This document shows, in pieces, positions 1 through 9,683 of a stretch of DNA of 64,000 nt (positions are counted from its first letter, which is position 1; every line of letters begins with the position of its first letter). The stretch is from the NCBI GenBank assembly GCA_036679065.1, contig JAZIGN010000001.1, forward strand, positions 160,001 through 224,000, written 5' to 3'. Under the pieces are notes generated by a model. The model was not told where the DNA came from. It made no database searches and saw nothing but the letters and a program-made list of their open reading frames with translations. Origin of the DNA: Coprothermobacterota bacterium. GTDB lineage: Bacteria; Coprothermobacterota; Coprothermobacteria; Coprothermobacterales; Coprothermobacteraceae. A program made the translations under genes and the position numbers.

Positions 1-1
1 T

Positions 2-232
2 GAAAACAGAATGAAGGTCATAAGAGCACTTGAAGCTCAAGGTATAAAACCCGTTGCCATAAAGTTCAGCGATGGTTTCTTTGAAGTTGTTGGTAAGAGG
101 CAGTGTGGTAAGGGTGTCATAAAGCTAACCATGGCGAACTTGGATAAGCTGGATGTTATAAAAGAGTTCTGGACTGACTGTCAGTACCATGAATACAGAC
201 TTCTTTATGATAGCGGGGCGGTTTTGAAGTGA
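2..232 (+). CDS. C-terminal part of a gene running off the window edge; possibly FtsQ/DivIB by position
   Basis: Frame is open to the left edge and overlaps the DUF881 gene (GTGA). divIB normally precedes ylxW/ylxX. No diagnostic motif seen. Confidence 0.35.
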   Translation, partial: ENRMKVIRALEAQGIKPVAIKFSDGFFEVVGKRQCGKGVIKLTMANLDKLDVIKEFWTDCQYHEYRLLYDSGAVLK

Positions 233-918
233 AGCGAGCCAGTTATTGGATAATCTTGCTTCTTACATTGTTTATTGGTTTTGTTCTGGGTTACCAGCGA
301 AGCGTAGTTGCACGGAGCTCATATGTGTTAACGAGCAGAAAAGGACAACTCATCGCACAAATTGAACAGAAAGAAAGTGATTTGAGCCACCTCAAAGAAG
401 AAGTACAGAGTTTAGCAGAAGAAGTAGCTGCTTTCCCGCAAGTTACACCAAGCACGCAGTTGGAAACGAACCTGGAGCAACAGAAAATGAAGCTTGGTTT
501 TTCGGAAATGAGCGGACCTGGGCTCATAATTACTTTGGCGGACTCTAAACAAAAGCCAAAACCTGATGACGATCCTAATTATTACATCGTTCATGATTGG
601 CAAATAAGAAATCTGGTTCGCTTTCTTTTTGGGGTTGGTGCGGACGGCATCGCGGTTAACGATCAACGTATCGTTTTCAATTCAGAAATTGTGTGTGCCG
701 GTCCCATTATCATAGTGAATGGTCAAAGACTGTCACCTCCTTATCACATCTTTGTTGTGGGCGACCCACAAGTGCTGCAGGAAGAATTGAATGATTTTCC
801 TGACCTGGAGCTGCTAAAGGCACTTCGAGACACGTATGGCCTTGTTTTCCAGCTTGAAACTTCTTCTAACATTTCCTTACCTGGTCGACCTGTGGAGGTG
901 CTGATGAGTGCGAAATAA
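229..918 (+). CDS. DUF881 family protein (YlxW/YlxX-like)
   Basis: N-terminal TM, coiled coil, GPGLIITLAD, IVHD, GADGIAVNDQR, ICAG-like motif, INGQRLSPPY; dcw context. Confidence 0.85.
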   Translation: MKRASYWIILLLTLFIGFVLGYQRSVVARSSYVLTSRKGQLIAQIEQKESDLSHLKEEVQSLAEEVAAFPQVTPSTQLETNLEQQKMKLGFSEMSGPGLIITLADSKQKPKPDDDPNYYIVHDWQIRNLVRFLFGVGADGIAVNDQRIVFNSEIVCAGPIIIVNGQRLSPPYHIFVVGDPQVLQEELNDFPDLELLKALRDTYGLVFQLETSSNISLPGRPVEVLMSAK

Positions 919-1552
919 GTGGCTCTTCTTCTTAGCCGTGGCAGCCATAGTTTTTGTTTCAGCTTTTGGTATGGGCTTTTCCAGAGGTGGACCACAAGTG
1001 GACCTAAACTCGCTTTCAGAAAGTGATTTGGCTATGATTTATGCAAAATCATTAGATGAAATCAATAGGCTGGAGTCAGCCAAGGAAGTTCTGCTGGAAA
1101 AGCTTACGGAGCTCAAAAGCACGAGCCACGATATTGATTCACTGAACCGACAACAGAGAGAACTGGTTGCACGTCTGGAATCTTTATCCTGCGATGCACC
1201 TTTAACCGGTTCAGGGATAACTATTACGGTGAACGTTCCTGACGGTGCGTTCTTGGGTTGGGACTGGCCCATAACACTGATCAACAATGCTTACAGTGCA
1301 GGTGCACTGGGTGTGTCTGTGAATGATGTTAGGCTCAGCCCTAAGTGGTACGCGTATTACGAAAGTGGGAAACTGCATGTTGAGGGTAAAACATTGAGCT
1401 CGCCATTTGTTTTTGACATTGTTGGCGAACCAGAATCAGTATTGGCAGCTATGTACTTGCCCAGTGGCGTTTTTGACACACTACAGATATGGGGGGTTAG
1501 AATAGAGCATGAACTCAAACCAGAACTCACAATCCAAAAATGCAATCGTTAG
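908..1552 (+). CDS. DUF881 family protein (second paralog)
   Basis: TM plus coiled coil, GSGITITV, AGALGVSVNDVR, SPFVFDIVG; tandem with the first DUF881 gene. Confidence 0.8.
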   Translation: MRNKWLFFLAVAAIVFVSAFGMGFSRGGPQVDLNSLSESDLAMIYAKSLDEINRLESAKEVLLEKLTELKSTSHDIDSLNRQQRELVARLESLSCDAPLTGSGITITVNVPDGAFLGWDWPITLINNAYSAGALGVSVNDVRLSPKWYAYYESGKLHVEGKTLSSPFVFDIVGEPESVLAAMYLPSGVFDTLQIWGVRIEHELKPELTIQKCNR

Positions 1553-1916
1553 GAACTTAGTACTCGCAGTCTCGGTGATTGTGGTAGCAGTGGTCGGCTT
1601 CTATTTTGGCATGAAATACGGCCAGCGCAGTTCGTTTTCTGCTTCCCAGGTTCGCTACATAGGAGTTCTCGTTTTAGTTGTGCTGGACGCCATATTCGGT
1701 GGTATTAGGGCTGAGATTCAAGACATGTTTGACATTGTCATATTTGCGTCCGGTATTGCCGTGGGTGGGCTAATGGCTGTGTGGCTTTTGTTCTTGGGAG
1801 ATTTGTTTGGTATTGATTTAAGCTTGGCTGCTGTAGTAACATTTGGAGGTCGCATATTCCAAAATGTGTCCATTATTAGGAGAATATTGATTGAGAAGAT
1901 AAGGAGGGCAAGGTGA
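1509..1916 (+). CDS. sbp: Small basic protein Sbp (DUF1290), membrane protein
   Basis: LDAIFGGIRA, GIDLSLAAVVTFGGRIFQNVSIIRR; canonical position before ftsZ. Confidence 0.85.
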   Translation: MNSNQNSQSKNAIVRNLVLAVSVIVVAVVGFYFGMKYGQRSSFSASQVRYIGVLVLVVLDAIFGGIRAEIQDMFDIVIFASGIAVGGLMAVWLLFLGDLFGIDLSLAAVVTFGGRIFQNVSIIRRILIEKIRRAR

Positions 1917-2974
1917 TGGAGGAACGTATTCCGGATCTGTGGGAGGGTATCCAGGCTCAGATAAAAGTAGTGGGCATTGGCAGCGCTGGAAACAATGCTC
2001 TTAATCGCATGATACGTGAAGGCATTGACGGTGTAGAGTTTATTGCCATGAACACTGATGTTCAAGCTTTATCGAAATGTTTAGCGCCACAAAAGCTGAA
2101 CCTGGGGCCCAAACTGACAAGAGGTTTGGGGGCTGGTTTAGATCCCGAAAAGGGTAAAGCAGCTGCTGAAGAAAGCGTTGAAGAAATCAAGAAACTTCTC
2201 GAGGGCGCCGACTTGGTTTTCATCACGGCTGGTCTGGGTGGTGGCACTGGTACAGGAGCAGCTCCCATTGTGGCGAGGGTGGCAAAGGATGTAGGAGCTC
2301 TGGTGGTGGGAGTGGTTTCAAAGCCACATCCCTTCATTGAAGGGACTAGGCGCTACAAAATCGCAGAAGAAGGACTTCGTCAACTGGCTGAACACGTGGA
2401 TGCGTTGATCCCTATTTCCAATGAGAACATTTTCAAGATGGGGAACTCTGATATGACTTTGGATCAAGCATTTAGTTTGGGAGACCAAGTACTCATGCAG
2501 GGTGTTAAAGGCATTTCGGAAATCATACTAAAGCCAGGATTCATAAACGTCGATTTTGCGGATGTACGGATGGTGCTCGAGAATGCGGGTACAGCTGTTA
2601 TGGGTATTGGTAGCGCAACGGGTGATAACAGAGCTGAGAAAGCTGCACAGCAGGCTATTTCTTCGCCTCTGCTGGAGTTTAGGCCAACTGGCGCTAGCAG
2701 GCTGCTCTACAACATAACTGTGAAACCCGGAAATATTACCACTAAGGATATAACCAGTATTGCAGAAATATTCCAACAAATTGTCAGTGACGACGCGCTC
2801 ATTAAGTTTGGTGTTGTGTACGATGAAGAGTTAGAAGACAGCAAAATTGAAGTCACACTCATTGCTAGTGAATTCAAAAATGAAACCACTAGAACGGCCA
2901 GTTTTGGTGCTTCAAAAGAACAGCCAGTAAAGGAAGTAAAACGAGTTACCATCCCCGAAATTTTCGGTAGATGA
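1916..2974 (+). CDS. ftsZ: Cell division protein FtsZ
   Basis: GGGTGTG tubulin signature, [16 protein letters not shown]-terminal IPEIFGR peptide; SD GGAGGG at 1903-1908. Confidence 0.98.
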   Translation: MEERIPDLWEGIQAQIKVVGIGSAGNNALNRMIREGIDGVEFIAMNTDVQALSKCLAPQKLNLGPKLTRGLGAGLDPEKGKAAAEESVEEIKKLLEGADLVFITAGLGGGTGTGAAPIVARVAKDVGALVVGVVSKPHPFIEGTRRYKIAEEGLRQLAEHVDALIPISNENIFKMGNSDMTLDQAFSLGDQVLMQGVKGISEIILKPGFINVDFADVRMVLENAGTAVMGIGSATGDNRAEKAAQQAISSPLLEFRPTGASRLLYNITVKPGNITTKDITSIAEIFQQIVSDDALIKFGVVYDEELEDSKIEVTLIASEFKNETTRTASFGASKEQPVKEVKRVTIPEIFGR

Positions 2975-4311
2975 ATTGGAAGGAGCAGCAGGAGCTTAAG
3001 CGTATTAAAGCCAGTGAGCGTTGGTTATGGCAGCCACGCTTTTACGGGGATGATACTGAACTTGTAGTGTTCCCAGGTTCTTACCATATTGGTGTTGCGA
3101 ACCTGGGGTACCAGTTTTTGATAGGCAGGTTAATACAGCTTAATAGGTCTTTCGACCGCTTTTTCATTGATCCGCGCTTGTCTTCTACCACAAGCTTTGA
3201 TACGGAGCGTCCTATTCTGGATTATGCTCGTTGGGACGTAACGCTTCCTTTTGAAGAGAACCTACTTGAGCTCATAAAGCTCCTAGTGAAGCTTGATGTG
3301 CCTCTGGATGCATCTGCCAGAGATTTTCCCGTGCTGAATGTGGGCGGGGCAATGTCTCTTATTAACCCAGAACTGGTGTCGTTCATAGCTAATGAAGTGT
3401 TTGTGGGTGAAGCTGACGAAGAATGGCCTGAGAAGAGAAGTAGATTAGAGCCAAAAGTGGCGAAGGACTTTGGTGTGCATTCAGTTGTTACAAGTCCACG
3501 GAGTGTGTTCAAGGATACCATGTTAGTTGAGATCGCACGAGGTTGTATGTGGTCCTGCAAGTTTTGTTTCTACAGACAAGCCTATGGTCCTATCCGATTC
3601 GTATCAAGGGAAACCGCACTAAAAACCATGACGATGCTAAAAGAAAAAGGTTTTGACAAAGTCGGATTCATTGCTGCTAACGTTAGTGATGTTCCCTGGC
3701 TAAAGGACATTCTGAACCATGCAAAGAATCTTGGCATGAAAGTCAGCGTCTCTTCATTAGCAGTGGAAACACTTTCGGAGGAAGTCATGGAACTTTTGAG
3801 AACGCTTGGTGTACAGCAGCTTACTTTGGCAGTGGAGCACGGAGATGAGAAGGTCAGAAAGGAACTTGGTAAACCTTTCTCCGATGAAGATTTAATCCGC
3901 ACGTTAAAATTAGCTGAGTCTTTGGGATACAAAGGGGTAAAACTTTACTTCATAAACGGAGTTACATCTGAGTGGAAATTCAATGCAGACAGTGCGATTA
4001 GACTGCTTAAAGACATAAGACAAACCGTGAGAATGTCCATAAAAGTATCCGGGTCTGTGTTCGTGCCAAAACCTGGCACTCCCATGGAAGATGAGCCCTT
4101 TCCACCAGAGCAGTTAATTGATATGGAAAGGAAGGCCCTTTTAAGCAATTCGCCAGAGGTTTCCTTCGCATTTGAACCTTATTGGGACGCTCAAAAAGAG
4201 TTCGTCCTGAGTCGATTGAGGGCAGAAGATTTACCCAGGTTTGTGTCAATTTTAAATGAGAAAGGTGAACGGAAGGCAATCGAGTTTCTTTCTGAAAAAT
4301 ACAGCAGTTAG
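2971..4311 (+). CDS. Radical SAM protein with N-terminal B12-binding-like domain, function unknown
   Basis: CxxxCxxC (RGCMWSCKFC), YxxGxxNLG N-terminus, FVPKPGTP; ATGA overlap with ftsZ. Confidence 0.8.
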   Translation: MNWKEQQELKRIKASERWLWQPRFYGDDTELVVFPGSYHIGVANLGYQFLIGRLIQLNRSFDRFFIDPRLSSTTSFDTERPILDYARWDVTLPFEENLLELIKLLVKLDVPLDASARDFPVLNVGGAMSLINPELVSFIANEVFVGEADEEWPEKRSRLEPKVAKDFGVHSVVTSPRSVFKDTMLVEIARGCMWSCKFCFYRQAYGPIRFVSRETALKTMTMLKEKGFDKVGFIAANVSDVPWLKDILNHAKNLGMKVSVSSLAVETLSEEVMELLRTLGVQQLTLAVEHGDEKVRKELGKPFSDEDLIRTLKLAESLGYKGVKLYFINGVTSEWKFNADSAIRLLKDIRQTVRMSIKVSGSVFVPKPGTPMEDEPFPPEQLIDMERKALLSNSPEVSFAFEPYWDAQKEFVLSRLRAEDLPRFVSILNEKGERKAIEFLSEKYSS

Positions 4312-4440
4312 AGATTGCCTAAGTGTTATCATATATTTACAACCGGCAAATTATGATATTGAACTTTTCCAAAAAGGAGCGGTAACGATTGGGTACACAA
4401 GTGAATGATATCTTACCAAATCTAGGAAATATGCGGGAGG

Positions 4441-7167
4441 ATGGCCATGGCTAAGGAAAACGAGAAGTACAACAGTACTATAAATCTACCAAAACCCCTG
4501 TTACGCATGAAGGCGAACCTACCACAAACTGAGGAAACATGGTTGAAGTTTTGGGAAGATAATAGTGTTTTTGAGAGAGCACTCGAAAAACGTAAGGATT
4601 CCCCTTTGTTCGTTTTACACGATGGTCCTCCTTATGCGAACGGGGATATTCACTTGGGAACTGCACTAAATAAGATTCTGAAAGACGCCGTTAACAAGTA
4701 CAAACTACTTCGTGGTTTCAGAACTCCCTATGTTCCCGGTTGGGATACTCATGGCTTACCCATTGAACAGCAGGTGACTAAACAGACGAAAATAAACCCT
4801 GAGGATTTTGCTGTAACTGAATGGCGTGACAAATGCAAGGATTTTGCACTTTCATATATTGGCAAGCAGATGAAAAGTTTCAAGAGACTGGGTGTTTTAG
4901 GCCTGTGGGAAAACTACTACGCTACCTTTAAGCCGGAATATGAGGGAAAAGAGCTAGAAATTCTGGCTGACTTGGTTGAGAGAGGATTCGTGGTTCGAAA
5001 GAGGCGTCCTGTTTACTGGTGTCCGCATTGCAAGACCACGTTGGCAGAAGCTGAAATTGAGTACCGTGAGAAGGTTTCACCATCCATTTTTGTGAGCTTT
5101 CCATCCAAGAACGGTTCTTACAAGGCCATTGCATGGACTACTACCCCTTGGACTTTACCGGATAACGTAGCATTAGCTTTTCATCCTGAAGAAAACTATG
5201 TGTTCGTCAGCGTAGCCGAAAACACATACGTGCTTGCTGAAAAGCGCTTGGAGAAGGTTGCTGATGTGCTTGGTTGGGTTGATTACGAAGTGGTGGCGTC
5301 AAAACCTGGTGCCGCCTTTGAAGACGAGCGTTTTGAACATCCAGTCTATGATGACAAAGAGACAGTCGCTATTTTAGCCGATTTTGTGTCCATGGAAGAT
5401 GGTACAGGTATTGTGCACATTGCACCAGGTCACGGTGAAGAAGACTACATAGTCTGGGAAGAAAAGGGACGTGACTTTCCAATGATGATAGATGATAGTG
5501 GTCGTTTTACCGAGCAGGCTGGATTCTTGGCTGGTGTTTTCTATGCTGATGCAAACGATTTGGTGCTTGACCTTCTTACTAAAGAAGGGAAACTCCTGCA
5601 TAAGGATAAAGTAACACACTCATATCCCCATTGTTGGAGGTGTCACAATCCAGTTATCTTCAGAGCACTGAGTCAGTGGTTTATTGATGTGGACATGTAC
5701 CGTGATGAAGCACTGCACGCATTAAAAGAGGTTCAGTGGATACCCGCTGGCTCTGATGCCCGTATTAGTGACATGGTAAAGAGCAGACCTGATTGGTGTT
5801 TGAGTCGTCAAAGAATTTGGGGCGTTCCTATACCATCGATAAAATGTAGCCATTGTGGCCGTTCAATTCTGGATCCGCGTGTGGTCCGCAACGTGGCCAC
5901 TGCCGTGAGAAAGGATGGATCTAACATTTGGTACTCAGAGCCTTTGGAAACGTTCTTGCCCGGGAAAATTGAGTGCCCTGAGTGCGGTTCAACGGAGTTT
6001 GAGAAAGAATATGATATCTTGGACGTATGGTTTGACAGTGGGGTAAGCCATTTTGCTGTTCTGGAGCAGTATGATGGACTTCGTTGGCCTGCTGACCTCT
6101 ACTTGGAGGGTTACGATCAGCATCGTGGTTGGTTTCAGACCAGCCTTCTAACGGCTGTACCACTTCGTGGACGAGCTCCTTACAACACCGTATTGTCTCA
6201 TGGATTTGTCCTGGACGAGTCAGGGAGAGCCATGTCCAAGAGCATGGGGAATGTGATTGATCCTTCTGAGGTTGTTGCTAGCGTTGGAGCTGACGTTTTA
6301 AGGCTGGCACTGCTCATGAGTGATTACACCGCTGATATCCAGGTGGGACAAAACATTTTTAACCAAGCTTCTGAGATTTACAAAAAGATAAGGAATACGT
6401 TCCGATTCATGGAAGGCAACTTGTTTGACTTCCAAAGCTCTGACGAGGTTCCGTTTGAGGAGATGAAGCCGCTTGACAGGTGGATCTTGAGTAGATGGAC
6501 GGACATGAAAAGAAGGCTTTCTTCTGCTTTTGATGATTATGAGTTCTACGGTTTTGTGAGCGTTTTCCATAGCTTCTGCGTGAAAGAACTGAGTTCAATT
6601 TACCTTGATGCCATAAAGAGTAGATTGTACCTCAGAAAACCCGATGACCAGGAAAGGCGAAGTGCACAGACAGCTCTAAAGATAATGGCTACGGAGTTTC
6701 CTGTGCTCATAGCACCCATGCTTACGTTCACTGCCGAGGAGATGTGGCAGGCATTAGTGAGCAGGGGCTTGGTTGACGAAGAGTCAGTGTATCTGTCAGA
6801 TTGGCCTAGCTCCGTTTTCTTTTTGACGGAGGAGGAATCGAGTTTTTGGGAAAATGCGCTTCGGCTTAAAGAAAAAGCGAATGAGCAGATGGAAAGACTG
6901 AGGCAGGATAAATCCATAGGTCATTCTTTGGATGCTTCTGTTATTGTTTACGGAAATGGAACAGATTTTCTCTCTCATTCCGAGTGGGCTGAGTTCTTTG
7001 TGGTTTCTTCGGCTCAGATAAAGAACGAGGGAAAAGAGTGGGACATAGAAGTGGAAAGAGCTTTGGGAGTGAAGTGTGCTAGATGTTGGAGGGTTAGGGA
7101 AGACGTTGGCTTAGATCCTGAGTATCCTGATATATGTGGAGAATGCTTGGACGATATAACTGGATAG
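4441..7167 (+). CDS. ileS: Isoleucine--tRNA ligase (type 1)
   Basis: HDGPPYANGDIHLG, GWDTHGLPIE, WTTTPWT, AMSKS, C-terminal CxxC...CxxC zinc finger. Confidence 0.98.
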   Translation: MAMAKENEKYNSTINLPKPLLRMKANLPQTEETWLKFWEDNSVFERALEKRKDSPLFVLHDGPPYANGDIHLGTALNKILKDAVNKYKLLRGFRTPYVPGWDTHGLPIEQQVTKQTKINPEDFAVTEWRDKCKDFALSYIGKQMKSFKRLGVLGLWENYYATFKPEYEGKELEILADLVERGFVVRKRRPVYWCPHCKTTLAEAEIEYREKVSPSIFVSFPSKNGSYKAIAWTTTPWTLPDNVALAFHPEENYVFVSVAENTYVLAEKRLEKVADVLGWVDYEVVASKPGAAFEDERFEHPVYDDKETVAILADFVSMEDGTGIVHIAPGHGEEDYIVWEEKGRDFPMMIDDSGRFTEQAGFLAGVFYADANDLVLDLLTKEGKLLHKDKVTHSYPHCWRCHNPVIFRALSQWFIDVDMYRDEALHALKEVQWIPAGSDARISDMVKSRPDWCLSRQRIWGVPIPSIKCSHCGRSILDPRVVRNVATAVRKDGSNIWYSEPLETFLPGKIECPECGSTEFEKEYDILDVWFDSGVSHFAVLEQYDGLRWPADLYLEGYDQHRGWFQTSLLTAVPLRGRAPYNTVLSHGFVLDESGRAMSKSMGNVIDPSEVVASVGADVLRLALLMSDYTADIQVGQNIFNQASEIYKKIRNTFRFMEGNLFDFQSSDEVPFEEMKPLDRWILSRWTDMKRRLSSAFDDYEFYGFVSVFHSFCVKELSSIYLDAIKSRLYLRKPDDQERRSAQTALKIMATEFPVLIAPMLTFTAEEMWQALVSRGLVDEESVYLSDWPSSVFFLTEEESSFWENALRLKEKANEQMERLRQDKSIGHSLDASVIVYGNGTDFLSHSEWAEFFVVSSAQIKNEGKEWDIEVERALGVKCARCWRVREDVGLDPEYPDICGECLDDITG

Positions 7168-7520
7168 TGCTGGGTGTTTACGGCTTCCTGGCGGACAGAA
7201 TCTGTAAGCATGTGGTCCTAAAGGGAGGAACCTATGTTATTAATGAAGGCGTTTCTTTCGGTATTGATTTAGGAAAGAGTACCAATATTCTGGTAGCTAT
7301 TGCCATGTTGCTAATGTTGTGGGTCACGCTGGGGGAAAGGAAGTACTTGTGGCTTTCGTTTTTCGGTGCTCTGGGAAATGTGCTTGACAGGTGGTTATAT
7401 GACGGTGTGGTGGATTACATAAAAATAGGAAAGTTTCCTTGGTTCAATGCTGCGGACTTTCTCATTGTGCTCGGACTTTGCCTATGGGCGATGAAGCAAT
7501 TAGGGTTATTACCGGAATAG
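7134..7520 (+). CDS. lspA: Lipoprotein signal peptidase II (short)
   Basis: NEGVSFG, GALGNVLDR, VVDYI, FNAAD; ileS-lspA-rluD synteny. Confidence 0.9.
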   Translation: MWRMLGRYNWIVLGVYGFLADRICKHVVLKGGTYVINEGVSFGIDLGKSTNILVAIAMLLMLWVTLGERKYLWLSFFGALGNVLDRWLYDGVVDYIKIGKFPWFNAADFLIVLGLCLWAMKQLGLLPE

Positions 7521-8431
7521 CCGACCGAGAAAACAGGCTTGACTTGGCTTTAATGGAGCTCATAGATGATGAGGGTATTTCTCGGACTTGGGTGCAAAAC
7601 AATATTAAGGCTGGTTTTGTCAAGTGCAACAATGAAGTGGTAACGAAGCCCTCTTTTAGGGTGAAAAAAGGCGATGTTTTAGAAATAGCTCTAAGGACGC
7701 GAATAAGTGAACTTGAACCTGCTGACGTGGAGTATTCAGTGATCTATCATGACGAACATTTAGCTGTCGTCGACAAACCGCCTAATTTGGTGGTACATCC
7801 CGCTCCCAGCGTGAAAGGAGTTACTCTTTGCCATGGATTGCTCAAGGATTTTCCACAAGTGAGGAACGTGGGTAGCGGTGAGCGTCCGGGCATTGTGCAC
7901 CGACTTGATAAAGACACTTCTGGACTAATGCTTGTAGCTCTTTCTGAGAAGGGCTACGCGGGTCTGACAAAGATGATCAGTGAAAAAGCTGTTGTTAGAA
8001 AATACCTGGTAGCTGTTTGGGGTGTGGCAAATGCGCCTTTTGACGTGGATGCTCCCATTGGTAGGGACCAGAGAATTCCAACACGTATGGCCGTGGTACC
8101 CCATGGAAAGAATGCCCATACGCGTTTCAGACCAATGCAGTGCTTGGAAAAGGTGAGCCTACTGGAGGCTGAGCTTTCCACTGGCAGGACACATCAGATT
8201 AGGGTTCATTTGAGGCATGTGGGCCTTTACGTTCTGGGAGACCCCGTTTATGGAAACGCTGAGAGCCGTTTGTTGGCGCCCAGAGTGTTTCTTCACAGCT
8301 ATTACTTGGAACTGCGGCATCCTGTTACGGGGGAGCTTTTGAGGTTTGTCAGTGCTCTGCCTGAAGATTTGGATGAATGTTGGCACATTTTAGGAGGCGG
8401 TGACATTGTATACCCTACGGTTTGTGCGTGA
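7484..8431 (+). CDS. rluD: RluA/RluD family pseudouridine synthase with S4 domain
   Basis: RLD S4 start, GIVHRLDKDTSGL, TGRTHQIRVH; start uncertain (ATG 7484 chosen). Confidence 0.9.
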   Translation: MGDEAIRVITGIADRENRLDLALMELIDDEGISRTWVQNNIKAGFVKCNNEVVTKPSFRVKKGDVLEIALRTRISELEPADVEYSVIYHDEHLAVVDKPPNLVVHPAPSVKGVTLCHGLLKDFPQVRNVGSGERPGIVHRLDKDTSGLMLVALSEKGYAGLTKMISEKAVVRKYLVAVWGVANAPFDVDAPIGRDQRIPTRMAVVPHGKNAHTRFRPMQCLEKVSLLEAELSTGRTHQIRVHLRHVGLYVLGDPVYGNAESRLLAPRVFLHSYYLELRHPVTGELLRFVSALPEDLDECWHILGGGDIVYPTVCA

Positions 8432-9662
8432 CAACGAGGAGTTAATCAGAGAGGCATTAAGAAAAAGACAATATGATGAATCCATCGTCGAACAGCTGCT
8501 GGCTCTAGATGAAGAGCGAAGGAGAGAAGTTACTGCTCTGCAAGAACTGAACACGAAGAGAAACGAGCTAACTGCTGTGGTTTCTAAGAAAAAGAAAGCA
8601 GGAATTGACGCTTCTGAGGAAATACAGCTGCTAAAGGAGCTCAAAGAAGATGTTTCAATGAAAGAAGCTGTTGTATCTGAACTGGAAGTAAAGATCCGGG
8701 AAATACTTGTGCAGTTACCCAATATCCCACATGAATCGGTACCAGCTGGAAAAGACTCTTCGGAGAATGTGGAAGTGCGTCGCTGGGGAGAACCTAGGGT
8801 TTTTCCTTTTCAGCCACAGCCTCATTGGGTTATAGGCGAGAATATGAACATCTTGGATTTTCAAAGAGCTGCTAAGATATCTGGCTCGCGGTTCGTGGCT
8901 TATCAGGGGTTGGGTGCGCTGCTAGAGCTCTCCCTGATTAATTTAATGGTATGGACTCACGTGAAAGAGCATGGTTACACGTTTGTTATTCCTCCCTATC
9001 TGGTAAAAAGTGAAACAGCTTTTGGAACAGGACATTTGCCAAAGTTCAAAGACGAGATGTATTACTGTCCTGAGGACGACCTTTATCTCATACCAACGGC
9101 GGAACTTCCCATGGTGGCTTACCACAGTGGTGATGTCTTGTCTGAGGCAGAGCTGCCTAAACGGTATGTGGCTTACTCTGCCTGTTTTAGGAGGGAGGCG
9201 GGAGCCGCGGGAAGAGATACCAGAGGACTTATAAGAAGACATCAGTTCAACAAGGTAGAACTCATAAAGATTACAAGACCTGAGAATTCCTATGATGAAT
9301 TGGAGTCCATGGTTAACGATGCTGAGTCCATATTGCAGCTCCTGGATCTGCCTTACAGGGTCGTTTTGCTGTGCACTGGTGACATGGGATTTGCAGCCGC
9401 CAAGACCTATGACATAGAAGTGTGGATGCCTTCCTATGGCCGCTATGTGGAAATATCTTCGTGTTCCAACACGGAGGGGTTCCAAGCTCGAAGAGCTAAT
9501 GTGAGGATGCGCAGACCTGATGGTTCCATGGATTATCCGCACATGCTTAACGGATCAGGCTTAGCCGTGGGTAGAACTTTGGCCGCTATCATGGAGAATT
9601 ACCAAAAAGAAGATGGAACGTTCGATATTCCTGAAGCACTGAAGGCGTTCATGTTCTCTTAA
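8406..9662 (+). CDS. serS: Serine--tRNA ligase
   Basis: LIPTAE, FRREAG, RRHQFNKVE, EISSCSN, LNGSGLAVGRT; TTG 8406 lies 8 nt after AGGAGG. Confidence 0.98.
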   Translation: MYTLRFVRDNEELIREALRKRQYDESIVEQLLALDEERRREVTALQELNTKRNELTAVVSKKKKAGIDASEEIQLLKELKEDVSMKEAVVSELEVKIREILVQLPNIPHESVPAGKDSSENVEVRRWGEPRVFPFQPQPHWVIGENMNILDFQRAAKISGSRFVAYQGLGALLELSLINLMVWTHVKEHGYTFVIPPYLVKSETAFGTGHLPKFKDEMYYCPEDDLYLIPTAELPMVAYHSGDVLSEAELPKRYVAYSACFRREAGAAGRDTRGLIRRHQFNKVELIKITRPENSYDELESMVNDAESILQLLDLPYRVVLLCTGDMGFAAAKTYDIEVWMPSYGRYVEISSCSNTEGFQARRANVRMRRPDGSMDYPHMLNGSGLAVGRTLAAIMENYQKEDGTFDIPEALKAFMFS

Positions 9663-9683
9663 CTCAGCCACGAAGCCTGTTGT

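Noticed and set aside
8943..9542. 199-aa antisense ORF inside serS (and similar ones inside dnaG, uvrB, ispG, pnp and others)
   Set aside because: Fully antisense to well-conserved genes, with no motifs or SD; these are expected shadow ORFs.
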